A DNA stretch of 64,000 nucleotides from assembly GCA_051362555.1 (NCBI GenBank), contig CM120644.1, positions 2,178,954 to 2,242,953 on the forward strand. The letters run 5' to 3'. The translations under genes were made by a program, and so were the position numbers. Positions 14,901-29,287 of the stretch are shown here, in pieces; position 1 is the stretch's first letter, and each line of letters opens with the position of its first letter. The stretch comes from Lingula anatina. Lineage: Eukaryota > Animalia > Brachiopoda. A model generated the notes under the pieces. That model ran no database searches. It was not told where the DNA came from and saw only the letters and a program-made list of their open reading frames with translations.

Positions 14901-15640
14901 CTGCCCCTACAACAACGACGTCTACTGTGAAAACTACAGGTGAAGGTGATACCTCTGCCCCTACAACAACGACGTCTACTGTGAAAACTACAGGCGAAGG
15001 TGATACCTCTGCCCCTACAACAAAGACTTCTACTGTAAAAACTACAGATAAAGGTGATACCTCTGCCCCTACAACAACAACGTCTACTGTGAAAATTACA
15101 GGTGAATGTGATACCTCTGCCCCTACAACAACGACGTCTTCTGTAAAAACTACAGGTGAAGTTATAACTCTACCCCTACAACAACGACGTCTACTGTACA
15201 AACTACAGGTGAAGGTGATACCTCTGCCCCTACAACAACGACGTCTACTGTGAAAACTACAGGTGAAGGTGATACCTCTGCCCCTACAACAACGACGTCT
15301 ACTGTGAAAACTACAGGTGAAGGTGATACCTCTGCCCTTACAACAATGACGTCTACTGTAAAAACTACAGGTGAAGGTGATACCTCTGCCCCTACAACAA
15401 TTACGTCTGTTACTACTGTACAAACTACAGGTGAAGGAGATACCTCTGCCCCAACAACAACAACGTCTGTTACTACTGTACAAACCACAGGTGAAGGTGA
15501 AACCTCTGCCCCTACAACAATGACGTCTACTGTAAAAACTACAGGTGAAGGTGATACCTCTGCCCCTACAACAACGACGTCTACTGTGAAAACTACAGGT
15601 GGAGGTGATACCTCTGCCTCTACAACAACGACGTCTACTG
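9520..15640 (+). repeat. Higher-order duplication, period 3179 bp (contains the type-A frameshift)
   Basis: Shadow ORFs 9762/12941, 10609/13788 and 11323/14502 are offset by 3179. The period is not a multiple of 3 because it contains the 1-bp deletion. Boundaries approximate. Confidence 0.88.
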
Positions 15641-17581
15641 TGAAAACTACAGGTGAAGGTGATACCTCTGCCCCTACAACAATGACGTCTTTTACTACTG
15701 TACAAACTACAGGTGAAGGAGATACCTCTGCCCCAACAACAACGACGTCTGTTACTACTGTACAAACTACATGTGAAGGTGAAACCTCTGCCCCTACAAC
15801 AACAACGTCCACTGTGAAAACTACAGGTGAAGGTGATACCTCTGTCCCTACAACAACGACGTCTATTGTAAAAACTACAGGTGAAGGTGATACCTCTGCC
15901 CCTACAACAACGACGTCTACTGTGAAAACTACAGGTGAAGGTGATAGCTCTGCCCCTACAACAACGACGTCTACTGTACAAACTACAGGTGAAGGTGATA
16001 CCTCTGCCCCTACAACAACGACGTCTACTGTAAAAACTACAGGTGAAGGTGATACCTCTGCCCCTACAACAACGACGTCTACTGTGAAAACTACAGGTGA
16101 AGGTGATACCTCTGCCCCTACAACAACGACGTCTACTGTGAAAACTACAGGTGAAGGTAAAACCTTTGTCCCTACAACAACGACGTCTATTATACAAACT
16201 ACAGGTGAAGGTGATACCTCTGCCCCAACAACAACGACGTCTGTTACTACTGTACAAACAACAGGTGAAGGTGATACCTCTGCCTCTACAACAACGACGT
16301 CTACTGTACAAACTACAGGTGAAGGTGATACCTCTGCCCCTACAACAACGACGTCTACTGTGAAAACTACAGGTGAAGGTGAAACCTTTGTCCCTACAAC
16401 AACGACGTCTATTATACAAACTACAGGTGAAGGTGATACCTCTGCCCCAACAACAACGACGTCTGTTACTACTGTACAAACAACAGGTGAAGGTGATACC
16501 TCTGCCTCTACAACAACGACGTCTACTGTACAAACTACAGGTGAAGGTGATACCTCTGCCCCTACAACAACGACGTCTACTGTGAAAACTACAGGTGAAG
16601 ATGATACCTTTGCCCCTACAACAATGACGTCTACTGTGAAAACTACAGGTGAAGGTGATACCTCTGCCCCTACAACAACGACGTCTGTTACTACTGTAAA
16701 AACAACAGGTGAAGGTGATACCTCTGCCTCTACAACAACGACGTCTACTGAACAAACTACAGATGAAGGTGATACCTCTGCCCCAACAACAATGACGTCT
16801 ACTGTAAAAACTACAGGTGAAGATGATACCTCTGCCCCTACAACAATGACGTCTACTGTGAAAACTACAGGTGAAGTTGATACCTCTGCCCCTACAACAA
16901 CGACGTCTACTGTGAAAACTACAGGTGAAGGTGATACCTCTGCCCCTACAACAACGACCTCTACTGTGAAAACTACAGGTGAAGGTGAAACCTTTGTCCC
17001 TACAACAACGACGTCTATTATATAAACTACAGGTGAAGGTGATACCTCTGCCCCAACAACAACGACGTCTGTTACTACTGTACAAACAACAGGTGAAGGT
17101 GATACCTCTGCCTCTACAACAACGACGTCTACTGTACAAACTACAGATGAAGGTGATACCTCTGCCCTTTCAAGAACGACGTCTACTGTAAAAACTACAG
17201 GTGAAGGTGATACCTCTGTCCCTACAACAACGACGTCTACTGTACACACTACAGGTGAAGGTGATACCTCTGCCCCTACAACAACGACGTCTACTGTAAA
17301 AACTACAGGTGAAAGTGATACCTCTGCCCCTACAACGACGACGTCTACTATACAAACTACAGGTGAAGGTGATACGTCTGCCCCTACAACAACGACGTCT
17401 ACTGTGAAAACTACAGGTGAAGGTGATACCTCTGCCCCTACAACAACGACTTCTACTGTAAAAACTACAGGTGAAGGTGATACCTCTGCCCCTACAACAA
17501 CGACGTCTACTGTGAAAACTACAGGTGAAGGTGATACCTCTGCCCCTACAACAAAGACTTCTACTGTAAAAACTACAGATA

Positions 17582-20500
17582 AAGGTGATACCTCTGCCCC
17601 TACAACAACGACGTCTACTGTGAAAACTACAGGTGAAGGTGAAACCTTTGTCCCTACAACAACGACGTCTATTATACAAACTACAGGTGAAGGTGATACC
17701 TCTGCCCCAACAACAACGACGTCTGTTACTACTGTACAAACAACAGGTGAAGGTGATACCTCTGCCTCTACAACAACGACGTCTACTGTACAAACTACAG
17801 GTGAAGGTGATACCTCTGCCCCTACAACAACGACGTCTACTGTGAAAACTACAGGTGAAGATGATACCTTTGCCCCTACAACAATGACGTCTACTGTGAA
17901 AACTACAGGTGAAGGTGATACCTCTGCCCCTACAACAACGACGTCTGTTACTACTGTAAAAACAACAGGTGAAGGTGATACCTCTGCCTCTACAACAACG
18001 ACGTCTACTGAACAAATTACAGATGAAGGTGATACCTCTGCCCCAACAACAATGACGTCTACTGTAAAAACTACAGGTGAAGATGATACCTCTGCCCCTA
18101 CAACAATGACGTCTACTGTGAAAACTACAGGTGAAGTTGATACCTCTGCCCCTACAACAACGACGTCTACTGTGAAAACTACAGGTGAAGGTGATACCTC
18201 TGCCCCTACAACAACGATGTCTACTGTACAAACTACAGGTGAAGGTGATACATCTGCCCCTACAACAACGACGTCTACTGTGAAAACTACAGGTGAAGGT
18301 GATACCTCTGCCCCTACAACAACGACCTCTACTGTGAAAACTACAGGTGAAGGTGAAACCTTTGTCCCTACAACAACGACGTCTATTATATAAACTACAG
18401 GTGAAGGTGATACCTCTGCCCCAACAACAACGACGTCTGTTACTACTGTACAAACAACAGGTGAAGGTGATACCTCTGCCTCTACAACAACGACGTCTAC
18501 TGTACAAACTACAGATGAAGGTGATACCTCTGCCCTTTCAAGAACGACGTCTACTGTAAAAACTACAGGTGAAGGTGATACCTCTGTCCCTACAACAACG
18601 ACGTCTACTGTACACACTACAGGTGAAGGTGATACCTCTGCCCCTACAACAACGACGTCTACTGTAAAAACTACAGGTGAAAGTGATACCTCTGCCCCTA
18701 CAACGACGACGTCTACTATACAAACTACAGGTGAAGGTGATACGTCTGCCCCTACAACAACGACGTCTACTGTGAAAACTACAGGTGAAGGTGATACCTC
18801 TGCCCCTACAACAACGACTTCTACTGTAATAACTACAGGTGAAGGTGATACCTCTGCCCCTACAACAACGACGTCTACTGTGAAAACTACAGGTGAAGGT
18901 GATACCTCTGCCCCTACAACAAAGACTTCTACTGTAAAAACTACAGATAAAGGTGATACCTCTGCCCCTACAACAACAACGTCTACTGTGAAAATTACAG
19001 GTGAAGGTGATACCTCTGCCCCTACAACAACGACGTCTTCTGTAAAAACTACAGGTGAAGTTATAACTCTGCCCCTACAACAACGACGTCTACTGTACAA
19101 ACTACAGGTGAAGGTGATACCTCTGCCCCTACAACAACGACGTCTACTGTGAAAACTACAGGTGAAGGTGATACCTCTGCCCCTACAACAACGACGTCTA
19201 CTGTGAAAACTACAGGTGAAGGTGATACCTCTGCCCTTACAACAACGACGTCTACTGTGAAAACTACAGGTGAAGGTGATACCTCTGCCCCTACAACAAT
19301 TACGTCTGTTACTACTGTACAAACTACAGGTGAAGGAGATACCTCTGCCCCAACAACAACAACGTCTGTTACTACTGTACAAACCACAGGTGAAGGTGAA
19401 ACCTCTGCCCCTACAACAATGACGTCTACTGTAAAAACTACAGGTGAAGGTGATACCTCTGCCCCTACAACAACGACGTCTACTGTGAAAACTACAGGTG
19501 GAGGTGATACCTCTGCCTCTACAACAACGACGTCTACTGTACAAACTACAGGTGAAGGTGATACCTCTGCCCCTACAACAACGACGTCTACTGTGAAAAC
19601 TACAGGTAAAGGTGATACCTCTGCCCCTACAACAACGACGTCTACTGTTAAAACTACAGGTGAAGGTGATACCTCTGCCCCTACAACAACGACATCCACT
19701 GTGAAAACTACAGGTGAAGGTGATACCTCTGCCCCTACAACAACGACGTCTACTGTACAAACTTCATGTGAAGGTGATACCTCTGCCCCTACAACAATGA
19801 CGTCTACTGTAAAAACTACAGGTGAAGGTGATACCTCTGCCCCTACAACAACGACGTCTGTTACTACTGTACAAACTACAGGTGAAAGTGATACCTCTGC
19901 CTCTACAACAACGACGTCTACTGTACAAACTACAGGTGAAGGTGATACGTCTGCCCCTACAACAACGACGTCTACTGTGAAAACTACAGGTGAAGGTGAT
20001 ACCTCTGCCCCTACAACAACGACATCTATTGTACAAACTACAGGTGAAGGTAATACGTTTGCTCCTTCAACAACGACGTCTACTGTAAAAACTACAGGTG
20101 AAGGTGATACCTCTGCCCCCACAAAAACGACTTCTACTGTAAAAACTACAGGTGAAGGTGATACCTCTGCCCCTCCAACAACGACGTCTACTGTGAAAAC
20201 TACAGGTGAAGGTGATACCTCTGCCCCTACAACAACGACGTCTACTGTGAAAACTACAGGTGGATGTGATACCTCTGCCTCTTCTACAACTACGTCTACT
20301 GTACAAACTACAGGTGAAGGTGATACCTCAGCCACTACAACAACGACGTCTTCTGTGAAAACTACAGGTGAAGCTTATACCTCAGCCCCTACAACAACGA
20401 CGTCTTCTGTAAAAACAACAGGTGAAGGTGATACCTCTGCCCCCACAACAACAACGTCTACTGTAAAAACTACAGGTGAAGGTGATACCTCTACCCCTAC

Positions 20501-23500
20501 AACAACGACTTCTACTGTAAAAACTACAGGTGAAGGTGATACCTCTGCCCCTACAACAACGACGTCTACTGTGAAAACTACAGGTGAAGGTGATACCTCT
20601 GCCCCAACAACAACGACGTCTGTTACTACTGTTCAAACTACAGGTGAAGGTGATACCTCTGCCCCTACAACAAAGACTTCTACTGTAAAAACTACAGATA
20701 AAGGTGATACCTCTGCCCCTACAACAACAACGTCTACTGTGAAAATTACAGGTGAAGGTGATACCTCTGCCCCTACAACAACGACGTCTTCTGTAAAAAC
20801 TACAGGTGAAGTTATAACTCTGCCCCTACAACAACGACGTCTACTGTACAAACTACAGGTGAAGGTGATACCTCTGCCCCTACAACAACGACGTCTACTG
20901 TGAAAACTACAGGTGAAGGTGATACCTCTGCCCCTACAACAACGACGTCTACTGTGAAAACTACAGGTGAAGGTGATACCTCTGCCCTTACAACAACGAC
21001 GTCTACTGTGAAAACTACAGGTGAAGGTGATACCTCTGCCCCTACAACAATTACGTCTGTTACTACTGTACAAACTACAGGTGAAGGAGATACCTCTGCC
21101 CCAACAACAACAACGTCTGTTACTACTGTACAAACCACAGGTGAAGGTGAAACCTCTGCCCCTACAACAATGACGTCTACTGTAAAAACTACAGGTGAAG
21201 GTGATACCTCTGCCCCTACAACAACGACGTCTACTGTGAAAACTACAGGTGGAGGTGATACCTCTGCCTCTACAACAACGACGTCTACTGTACAAACTAC
21301 AGGTGAAGGTGATACCTCTGCCCCTACAACAACGACGTCTACTGTGAAAACTACAGGTAAAGGTGATACCTCTGCCCCTACAACAACGACGTCTACTGTT
21401 AAAACTACAGGTGAAGGTGATACCTTTGCCCCTACAACAATGACATCCACTGTGAAAACTACAGGTGAAGGTGATACCTCTGCCCCTACAACAACGACGT
21501 CTACTGTACAAACTTCAGGTGAAGGTGATACCTCTGCCCCTACAACAATGACGTCTACTGTAAAAACTACAGGTGAAGGTGATACCTCTGCCCCTACAAC
21601 AACGACGTCTGTTACTACTGTACAAACTACAGGTGAAAGTGATACCTCTGCCTCTACAACAACGACGTCTACTGTACAAACTACAGGTGAAGGTGATACG
21701 TCTGCCCCTACAACAACGACGTCTACTGTGAAAACTACAGGTGAAGGTGATACCTCTGCCCCTACAACAACGACATCTATTGTACAAACTACAGGTGAAG
21801 GTAATACGTTTGCTCCTTCAACAACGACGTCTACTGTAAAAACTACAGGTGAAGGTGATACCTCTGCCCCCACAAAAACGACTTCTACTGTAAAAACTAC
21901 AGGTGAAGGTGATACCTCTGCCCCTCCAACAACGACGTCTACTGTGAAAACTACAGGTGAAGGTGATACCTCTGCCCCTACAACAACGACGTCTACTGTG
22001 AAAACTACAGGTGGAGGTGATACCTCTGCCTCTTCTACAACTACGTCTACTGTACAAACTACAGGTGAAGGTGATACCTCAGCCACTACAACAACGACGT
22101 CTTCTGTAAAAACTACAGGTGAAGCTTATACCTCAGCCCCTACAACAACGACGTCTTCTGTAAAAACAACAGGTGAAGGTGATACCTCTGCCCCCACAAC
22201 AACAACGTCTACTGTAAAAACTACAGGTGAAGGTGAAACCTCTGCCCCTACAACAACGACGTCTACTGTACAAACTACAGGTGAAGGTGATACCTCTGCC
22301 CCAACAACAACGACGTCTGTTACTACTGTTCAAACTACAGGTGAAGGTGATACCTCTGCCCCTACAACAACGACGTCTACTATACAAACTACAGGTGAAG
22401 GTGATACCTCTGCCCCTACAACAACGACGTCTACTGTGAAAACTACAGGTGAAGGTGATACCTCTGACCCTACAACAACAACGTCTACTGTACAAACTAC
22501 AGGTGAAGGAGATACCTCTGCCCCAACAACAACAACGTCTGTTACTACTGTACAAACCACAGGTGAAGGTGAAACCTCTGCCCCTACAACAATGACGTCT
22601 ACTGTAAAAACTACAGGTGAAGGTGATACCTCTGCCCCTACAACAACGACGTCTACTGTGAAAACTACAGGTGGAGGTGATACCTCTGCCTCTACAACAA
22701 CGACGTCTACTGTACAAACTACAGGTGAAGGTGATACCTCTGCCCCTACAACAACGACGTCTACTGTGAAAACTACAGGTAAAGGTGATACCTCTGCCCC
22801 TACAACAACGACGTCTACTGTTAAAACTACAGGTGAAGGTGATACCTCTGCCCCTACAACAACGACATCCACTGTGAAAACTACAGGTGAAGGTGATACC
22901 TCTGCCCCTACAACAACGACGTCTACTGTACAAACTTCAGGTGAAGGTGATACCTCTGCCCCTACAACAACGACGTCTACTGTAAAAACTACAGGTGAAG
23001 GTGATACCTCTGCCCCTACAACAACGACGTCTGTTACTACTGTACAAACTACAGGTGAAAGTGATACCTCTGCCTCTACAACAACGACGTCTACTGTACA
23101 AACTACAGGTGAAGGTGATACGTCTGCCCCTACAACAACGACGTCTACTGTGAAAACTACAGGTGAAGGTGATACCTCTGCCCCTACAACAACGACATCT
23201 ATTGTACAAACTACAGGTGAAGGTAATACGTTTGCTCCTTCAACAACGACGTCTACTGTAAAAACTACAGGTGAAGGTGATACCTCTGCCCCCACAAAAA
23301 CGACTTCTACTGTAAAAACTACAGGTGAAGGTGATACCTCTGCCCCTCCAACAACGACGTCTACTGTGAAAACTACAGGTGAAGGTGATACCTCTGCCCC
23401 TACAACAACGACGTCTACTGTGAAAACTACAGGTGGAGGTGATACCTCTGCCTCTTCTACAACTACGTCTACTGTACAAACTACAGGTGAAGGTGATACC

Positions 23501-26500
23501 TCAGCCACTACAACAACGACGTCTTCTGTGAAAACTACAGCTGAAGCTTATACCTCAGCCCCTACAACAACGACGTCTTCTGTAAAAACAACAGGTGAAG
23601 GTGATACCTCTGCCCCCACAACAACAACGTCTACTGTAAAAACTACAGGTGAAGGTGATACCTCTACCCCTACAACAACGACTTCTACTGTAAAAACTAC
23701 AGGTGAAGGTGATACCTCTGCCCCTACAACAACGACGTCTACTGTGAAAACTACAGGTGAAGGTGATACCTCTGCCCCAACAACAACGACGTCTGTTACT
23801 ACTGTTCAAACTACAGGTGAAGGTGATACCTCTGCCCCTACAACAAAGACTTCTACTGTAAAAACTACAGATAAAGGTGATACCTCTGCCCCTACAACAA
23901 CAACGTCTACTGTGAAAATTACAGGTGAAGGTGATACCTCTGCCCCTACAACAACGACGTCTACTGTGAAAACTACAGGTGAAGGTGATACCTCTGACCC
24001 TACAACAACAACGTCTACTGTACAAACTACAGGTGAAGGTGATACCTCTGCCCCTACAACAATGACGTCTTCTGTAAAAAAAACAGGTGAAGGTGATACC
24101 TCTGCCCCCACAACAACAACGTCTACTGTAAAAACTACAGGTGAAGGTGAAACCTCTGCCCCTACAACAACGACGTCTACTGTACAAACTACAGGTGAAG
24201 GTGATACCTCTGCCCCAACAACAACGACGTCTGTTACTACTGTTCAAACTACAGGTGAAGGTGATACCTCTGCCCCTACAACAACGACATCTACTGTAAA
24301 AACTACAGGTGAAGGTGATACCTCTACCCCTACAACAACGACGTCTACTATACAAACTACAGGTGAAGGTGATACCTCTGCCCCTACAACAACGACGTCT
24401 ACTGTGAAAACTACAGGTGAAGGTGATACCTCTGACCCTACAACAACAACGTCTACTGTACAAACTACAGGTGAAGGTGATACCTCTGCCCCTACAACAA
24501 CGACGTCTGTTACTACTGTACAAACTACAGGTGAAGGTGATACCTCTACCCCTACAACAACAACGTCTACTGTACAAACTACAGGTGAAGGTGATACCTC
24601 TGCCCCTACAACAACGACGTCTACTGTGAAAACTACAGGTGAAGGTGATACCTCTGCCCCTACAACAACGACGTCTACTGTGAAAACTACAGGTGAAGGT
24701 GATACCTCTGCCCCTCCAACAACGACGTCTACTGTGAAAACTACAGGTGAAGGTGATACCTCTGCCCCTACAACAACGACTTCTACTGTAAAAACTACAG
24801 TTGAAGGTGATACTTCTGCCCCTACAACAACGACGTCTACTGTGAAAACTACAGGTGGAGGTGATACCTCTGACTCTTCTACAACTACGTCTACTGTGAA
24901 AACTACAGGTGAAGGTGATACCTCTGCCCTTACAACAACGACGTCTACTGTGAAAACTACAGGTGAAGGTGATACCTCTGCCCCTACAACAATGACGTCT
25001 TTTACTACTGTACAAACTACAGGTGAAGGAGATACCTCTGCCCCAACAACAACGACGTCTGTTACTACTGTACAAACTACATGTGAAGGTGAAACCTCTG
25101 CCCCTACAACAACAACGTCCACTGTGAAAACTACAGGTGAAGGTGATACCTCTGTCCCTACAACAACGACGTCTATTGTAAAAACTACAGGTGAAGGTGA
25201 TACCTCTGCCCCTACAACAACGACGTCTACTGTGAAAACTACAGGTGAAGGTGATAGCTCTGCCCCTACAACAACGACGTCTACTGTACAAACTACAGGT
25301 GAAGGTGATACCTCTGCCCCTACAACAACGACGTCTACTGTAAAAACTACAGGTGAAGGTGATACCTCTGCCCCTACAACAACGACGTCTACTGTGAAAA
25401 CTACAGGTGAAGGTGATACCTCTGCCCCTACAACAACGACGTCTACTGTGAAAACTACAGGTGAAGGTGAAACCTTTGTCCCTACAACAACGACGTCTAT
25501 TATACAAACTACAGGTGAAGGTGATACCTCTGCCCCAACAACAACGACGTCTGTTACTACTGTACAAACAACAGGTGAAGGTGATACCTCTGCCTCTACA
25601 ACAACGACGTCTACTGTACAAACTACAGGTGAAGGTGATACCTCTGCCCCTACAACAACGACGTCTACTGTGAAAACTACAGGTGAAGGTGAAACCTTTG
25701 TCCCTACAACAACGACGTCTATTATACAAACTACAGGTGAAGGTGATACCTCTGCCCCAACAACAACGACGTCTGTTACTACTGTACAAACAACAGGTGA
25801 AGGTGATACCTCTGCCTCTACAACAACGACGTCTACTGTACAAACTACAGGTGAAGGTGATACCTCTGCCCCTACAACAACGACGTCTACTGTGAAAACT
25901 ACAGGTGAAGATGATACCTTTGCCCCTACAACAATGACGTCTACTGTGAAAACTACAGGTGAAGGTGATACCTCTGCCCCTACAACAACGACGTCTGTTA
26001 CTACTGTAAAAACAACAGGTGAAGGTGATACCTCTGCCTCTACAACAACGACGTCTACTGAACAAACTACAGATGAAGATGATACCTCTGCCCCAACAAC
26101 AATGACGTCTACTGTAAAAACTACAGGTGAAGATGATACCTCTGCCCCTACAACAATGACGTCTACTGTGAAAACTACAGGTGAAGTTGATACCTCTGCC
26201 CCTACAACAACGATGTCTACTGTGAAAACTACAGGTGAAGGTGATACCTCTGCCCCTACAACAACGATGTCTACTGTACAAACTACAGGTGAAGGTGATA
26301 CATCTGCCCCTACAACAACGATGTCTACTGTGAAAACTACAGGTGAAGGTGATACCTCTGCCCCTACAACAACGACCTCTACTGTGAAAACTACAGGTGA
26401 AGGTGAAACCTTTGTCCCTACAACAACGACGTCTATTATACAAACTACAGGTGAAGGTGATACCTCTGCCCCAACAACAACGACGTCTGTTACTACTGTA

Positions 26501-29287
26501 CAAACAACAGGTGAAGGTGATACCTCTGCCTCTACAACAACGACGTCTACTGTACAAACTACAGATGAAGGTGATACCTCTGCCCTTTCAAGAACGACGT
26601 CTACTGTAAAAACTACAGGTGAAGGTGATACCTCTGTCCCTACAACAACGACGTCTACTGTACACACTACAGGTGAAGGTGATACCTCTGCCCCTACAAC
26701 AACGACGTCTACTGTAAAAACTACAGGTGAAAGTGATACCTCTGCCCCTACAACGACGACGTCTACTATACAAACTACAGGTGAAGGTGATACGTCTGCC
26801 CCTACAACAACGACGTCTACTGTGAAAACTACAGGTGAAGGTGATACCTCTGCCCCTACAACAACGACTTCTACTGTAAAAACTACAGGTGAAGGTGATA
26901 CCTCTGCCCCTACAACAACGACGTCTACTGTGAAAACTACAGGTGAAGGTGATACCTCTGCCCCTACAACAAAGACTTCTACTGTAAAAACTACAGATAA
27001 AGTTGATACCTCTGCCCCTACAACAACAACGTCTACTGTGAAAATTACAGGTGAAGGTGATACCTCTGCCCCTACAACAACGACGTCTTCTGTAAAAACT
27101 ACAGGTGAAGTTATAACTCTGCCCCTACAACAACGACGTCTACTGTACAAACTACAGGTGAAGGTGATACCTCTGCCCCTACAACAACGACGTCTACTGT
27201 GAAAACTACAGGTGAAGGTGATACCTCTGCCCCTACAACAACGACGTCTACTGTGAAAACTACAGGTGAAGGTGATACCTCTGCCCTTACAACAACGACG
27301 TCTACTGTGAAAACTACAGGTGAAGGTGATACCTCTGCCCCTACAACAATTACGTCTGTTACTACTGTACAAACTACAGGTGAAGGAGATACCTCTGCCC
27401 CAACAACAACAACGTCTGTTACTACTGTACAAACCACAGGTGAAGGTGAAACCTCTGCCCCTACAACAATGACGTCTACTGTAAAAACTACAGGTGAAGG
27501 TGATACCTCTGCCCCTACAACAACGACGTCTACTGTGAAAACTACAGGTGGAGGTGATACCTCTGCCTCTACAACAACGACGTCTACTGTACAAACTACA
27601 GGTGAAGGTGATACCTCTGCCCCTACAACAACGACGTCTACTGTGAAAACTACAGGTAAAGGTGATACCTCTGCCCCTACAACAACGACGTCTACTGTTA
27701 AAACTACAGGTGAAGGTGATACCTCTGCCCCTACAACAACGACATCCACTGTGAAAACTACAGGTGAAGGTGATACCTCTGCCCCTACAACAACGACGTC
27801 TACTGTACAAACTTCAGGTGAAGGTGATACCTCTGCCCCTACAACAATGACGTCTACTGTAAAAACTACAGGTGAAGGTGATACCTCTGCCCCTACAACA
27901 ACGACGTCTGTTACTACTGTACAAACTACAGGTGAAAGTGATACCTCTGCCTCTACAACAACGACGTCTACTGTACAAACTACAGGTGAAGGTGATACGT
28001 CTGCCCCTACAACAACGACGTCTACTGTGAAAACTACAGGTGAAGGTGATACCTCTGCCCCTACAACAACGACATCTATTGTACAAACTACAGGTGAAGG
28101 TAATACGTTTGCTCCTTCAACAACGACGTCTACTGTAAAAACTACAGGTGAAGGTGATACCTCTGCCCCCACAAAAACGACTTCTACTGTAAAAACTACA
28201 GGTGAAGGTGATACCTCTGCCCCTCCAACAACGACGTCTACTGTGAAAACTACAGGTGAAGGTGATACCTCTGCCCCTACAACAACGACGTCTACTGTGA
28301 AAACTACAGGTGGAGGTGATACCTCTGCCTCTTCTACAACTACGTCTACTGTACAAACTACAGGTGAAGGTGATACCTCAGCCACTACAACAACGACGTC
28401 TTCTGTGAAAACTACAGGTGAAGCTTATACCTCAGCCCCTACAACAACGACGTCTTCTGTAAAAACAACAGGTGAAGGTGATACCTCTGCCCCCACAACA
28501 ACAACGTCTACTGTAAAAACTACAGGTGAAGGTGATACCTCTACCCCTACAACAACGACTTCTACTGTAAAAACTACAGGTGAAGGTGATACCTCTGCAC
28601 CTACAACAACGACGTCTACTGTGAAAACTACAGGTGAAGGTGATACCTCTGCCCCAACAACAACGACGTCTGTTACTACTGTTCAAACTACAGGTGAAGG
28701 TGATACCTCTGCCCCTACAACAAAGACTTCTACTGTAAAAACTACAGATAAAGGTGATACCTCTGCCCCTACAACAACAACGTCTACTGTGAAAATTACA
28801 GGTGAAGGTGATACCTCTGCCCCTACAACAACGACGTCTTCTGTAAAAACTATAGGTGAAGTTATAACTCTGCCCCTACAACAACGACGTCTACTGTACA
28901 AACTACAGGTGAAGGTGATACCTCTGCCCCTACAACAACGACGTCTACTGTGAAAACTACAGGTGAAGGTGATACCTCTGCCCCTACAACAACGACGTCT
29001 ACTGTGAAAACTACAGGTGAAGGTGATACCTCTGCCCTTACAACAACGACGTCTACTGTGAAAACTACAGGTGAAGGTGATACCTCTGCCCCTACAACAA
29101 TTACGTCTGTTACTACTGTACAAACTACAGGTGAAGGAGATACCTCTGCCCCAACAACAACAACGTCTGTTACTACTGTACAAACCACAGGTGAAGGTGA
29201 AACCTCTGCCCCTACAACAATGACGTCTACTGTAAAAACTACAGGTGAAGGTGATACCTCTGCCCCTACAACAACGACGTCTACTGT
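17582..29287 (+). repeat. About 3.65-kb block repeated at offset 8050 bp (17582-21237 and 25632-29287), each with an internal 1751-bp periodicity
   Basis: ORF pairs 17633/25683, 18347/26397, 19149/27199 and 20900/28950 are all offset by 8050. Pairs 19149/20900 and 27199/28950 are offset by 1751. Confidence 0.85.
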
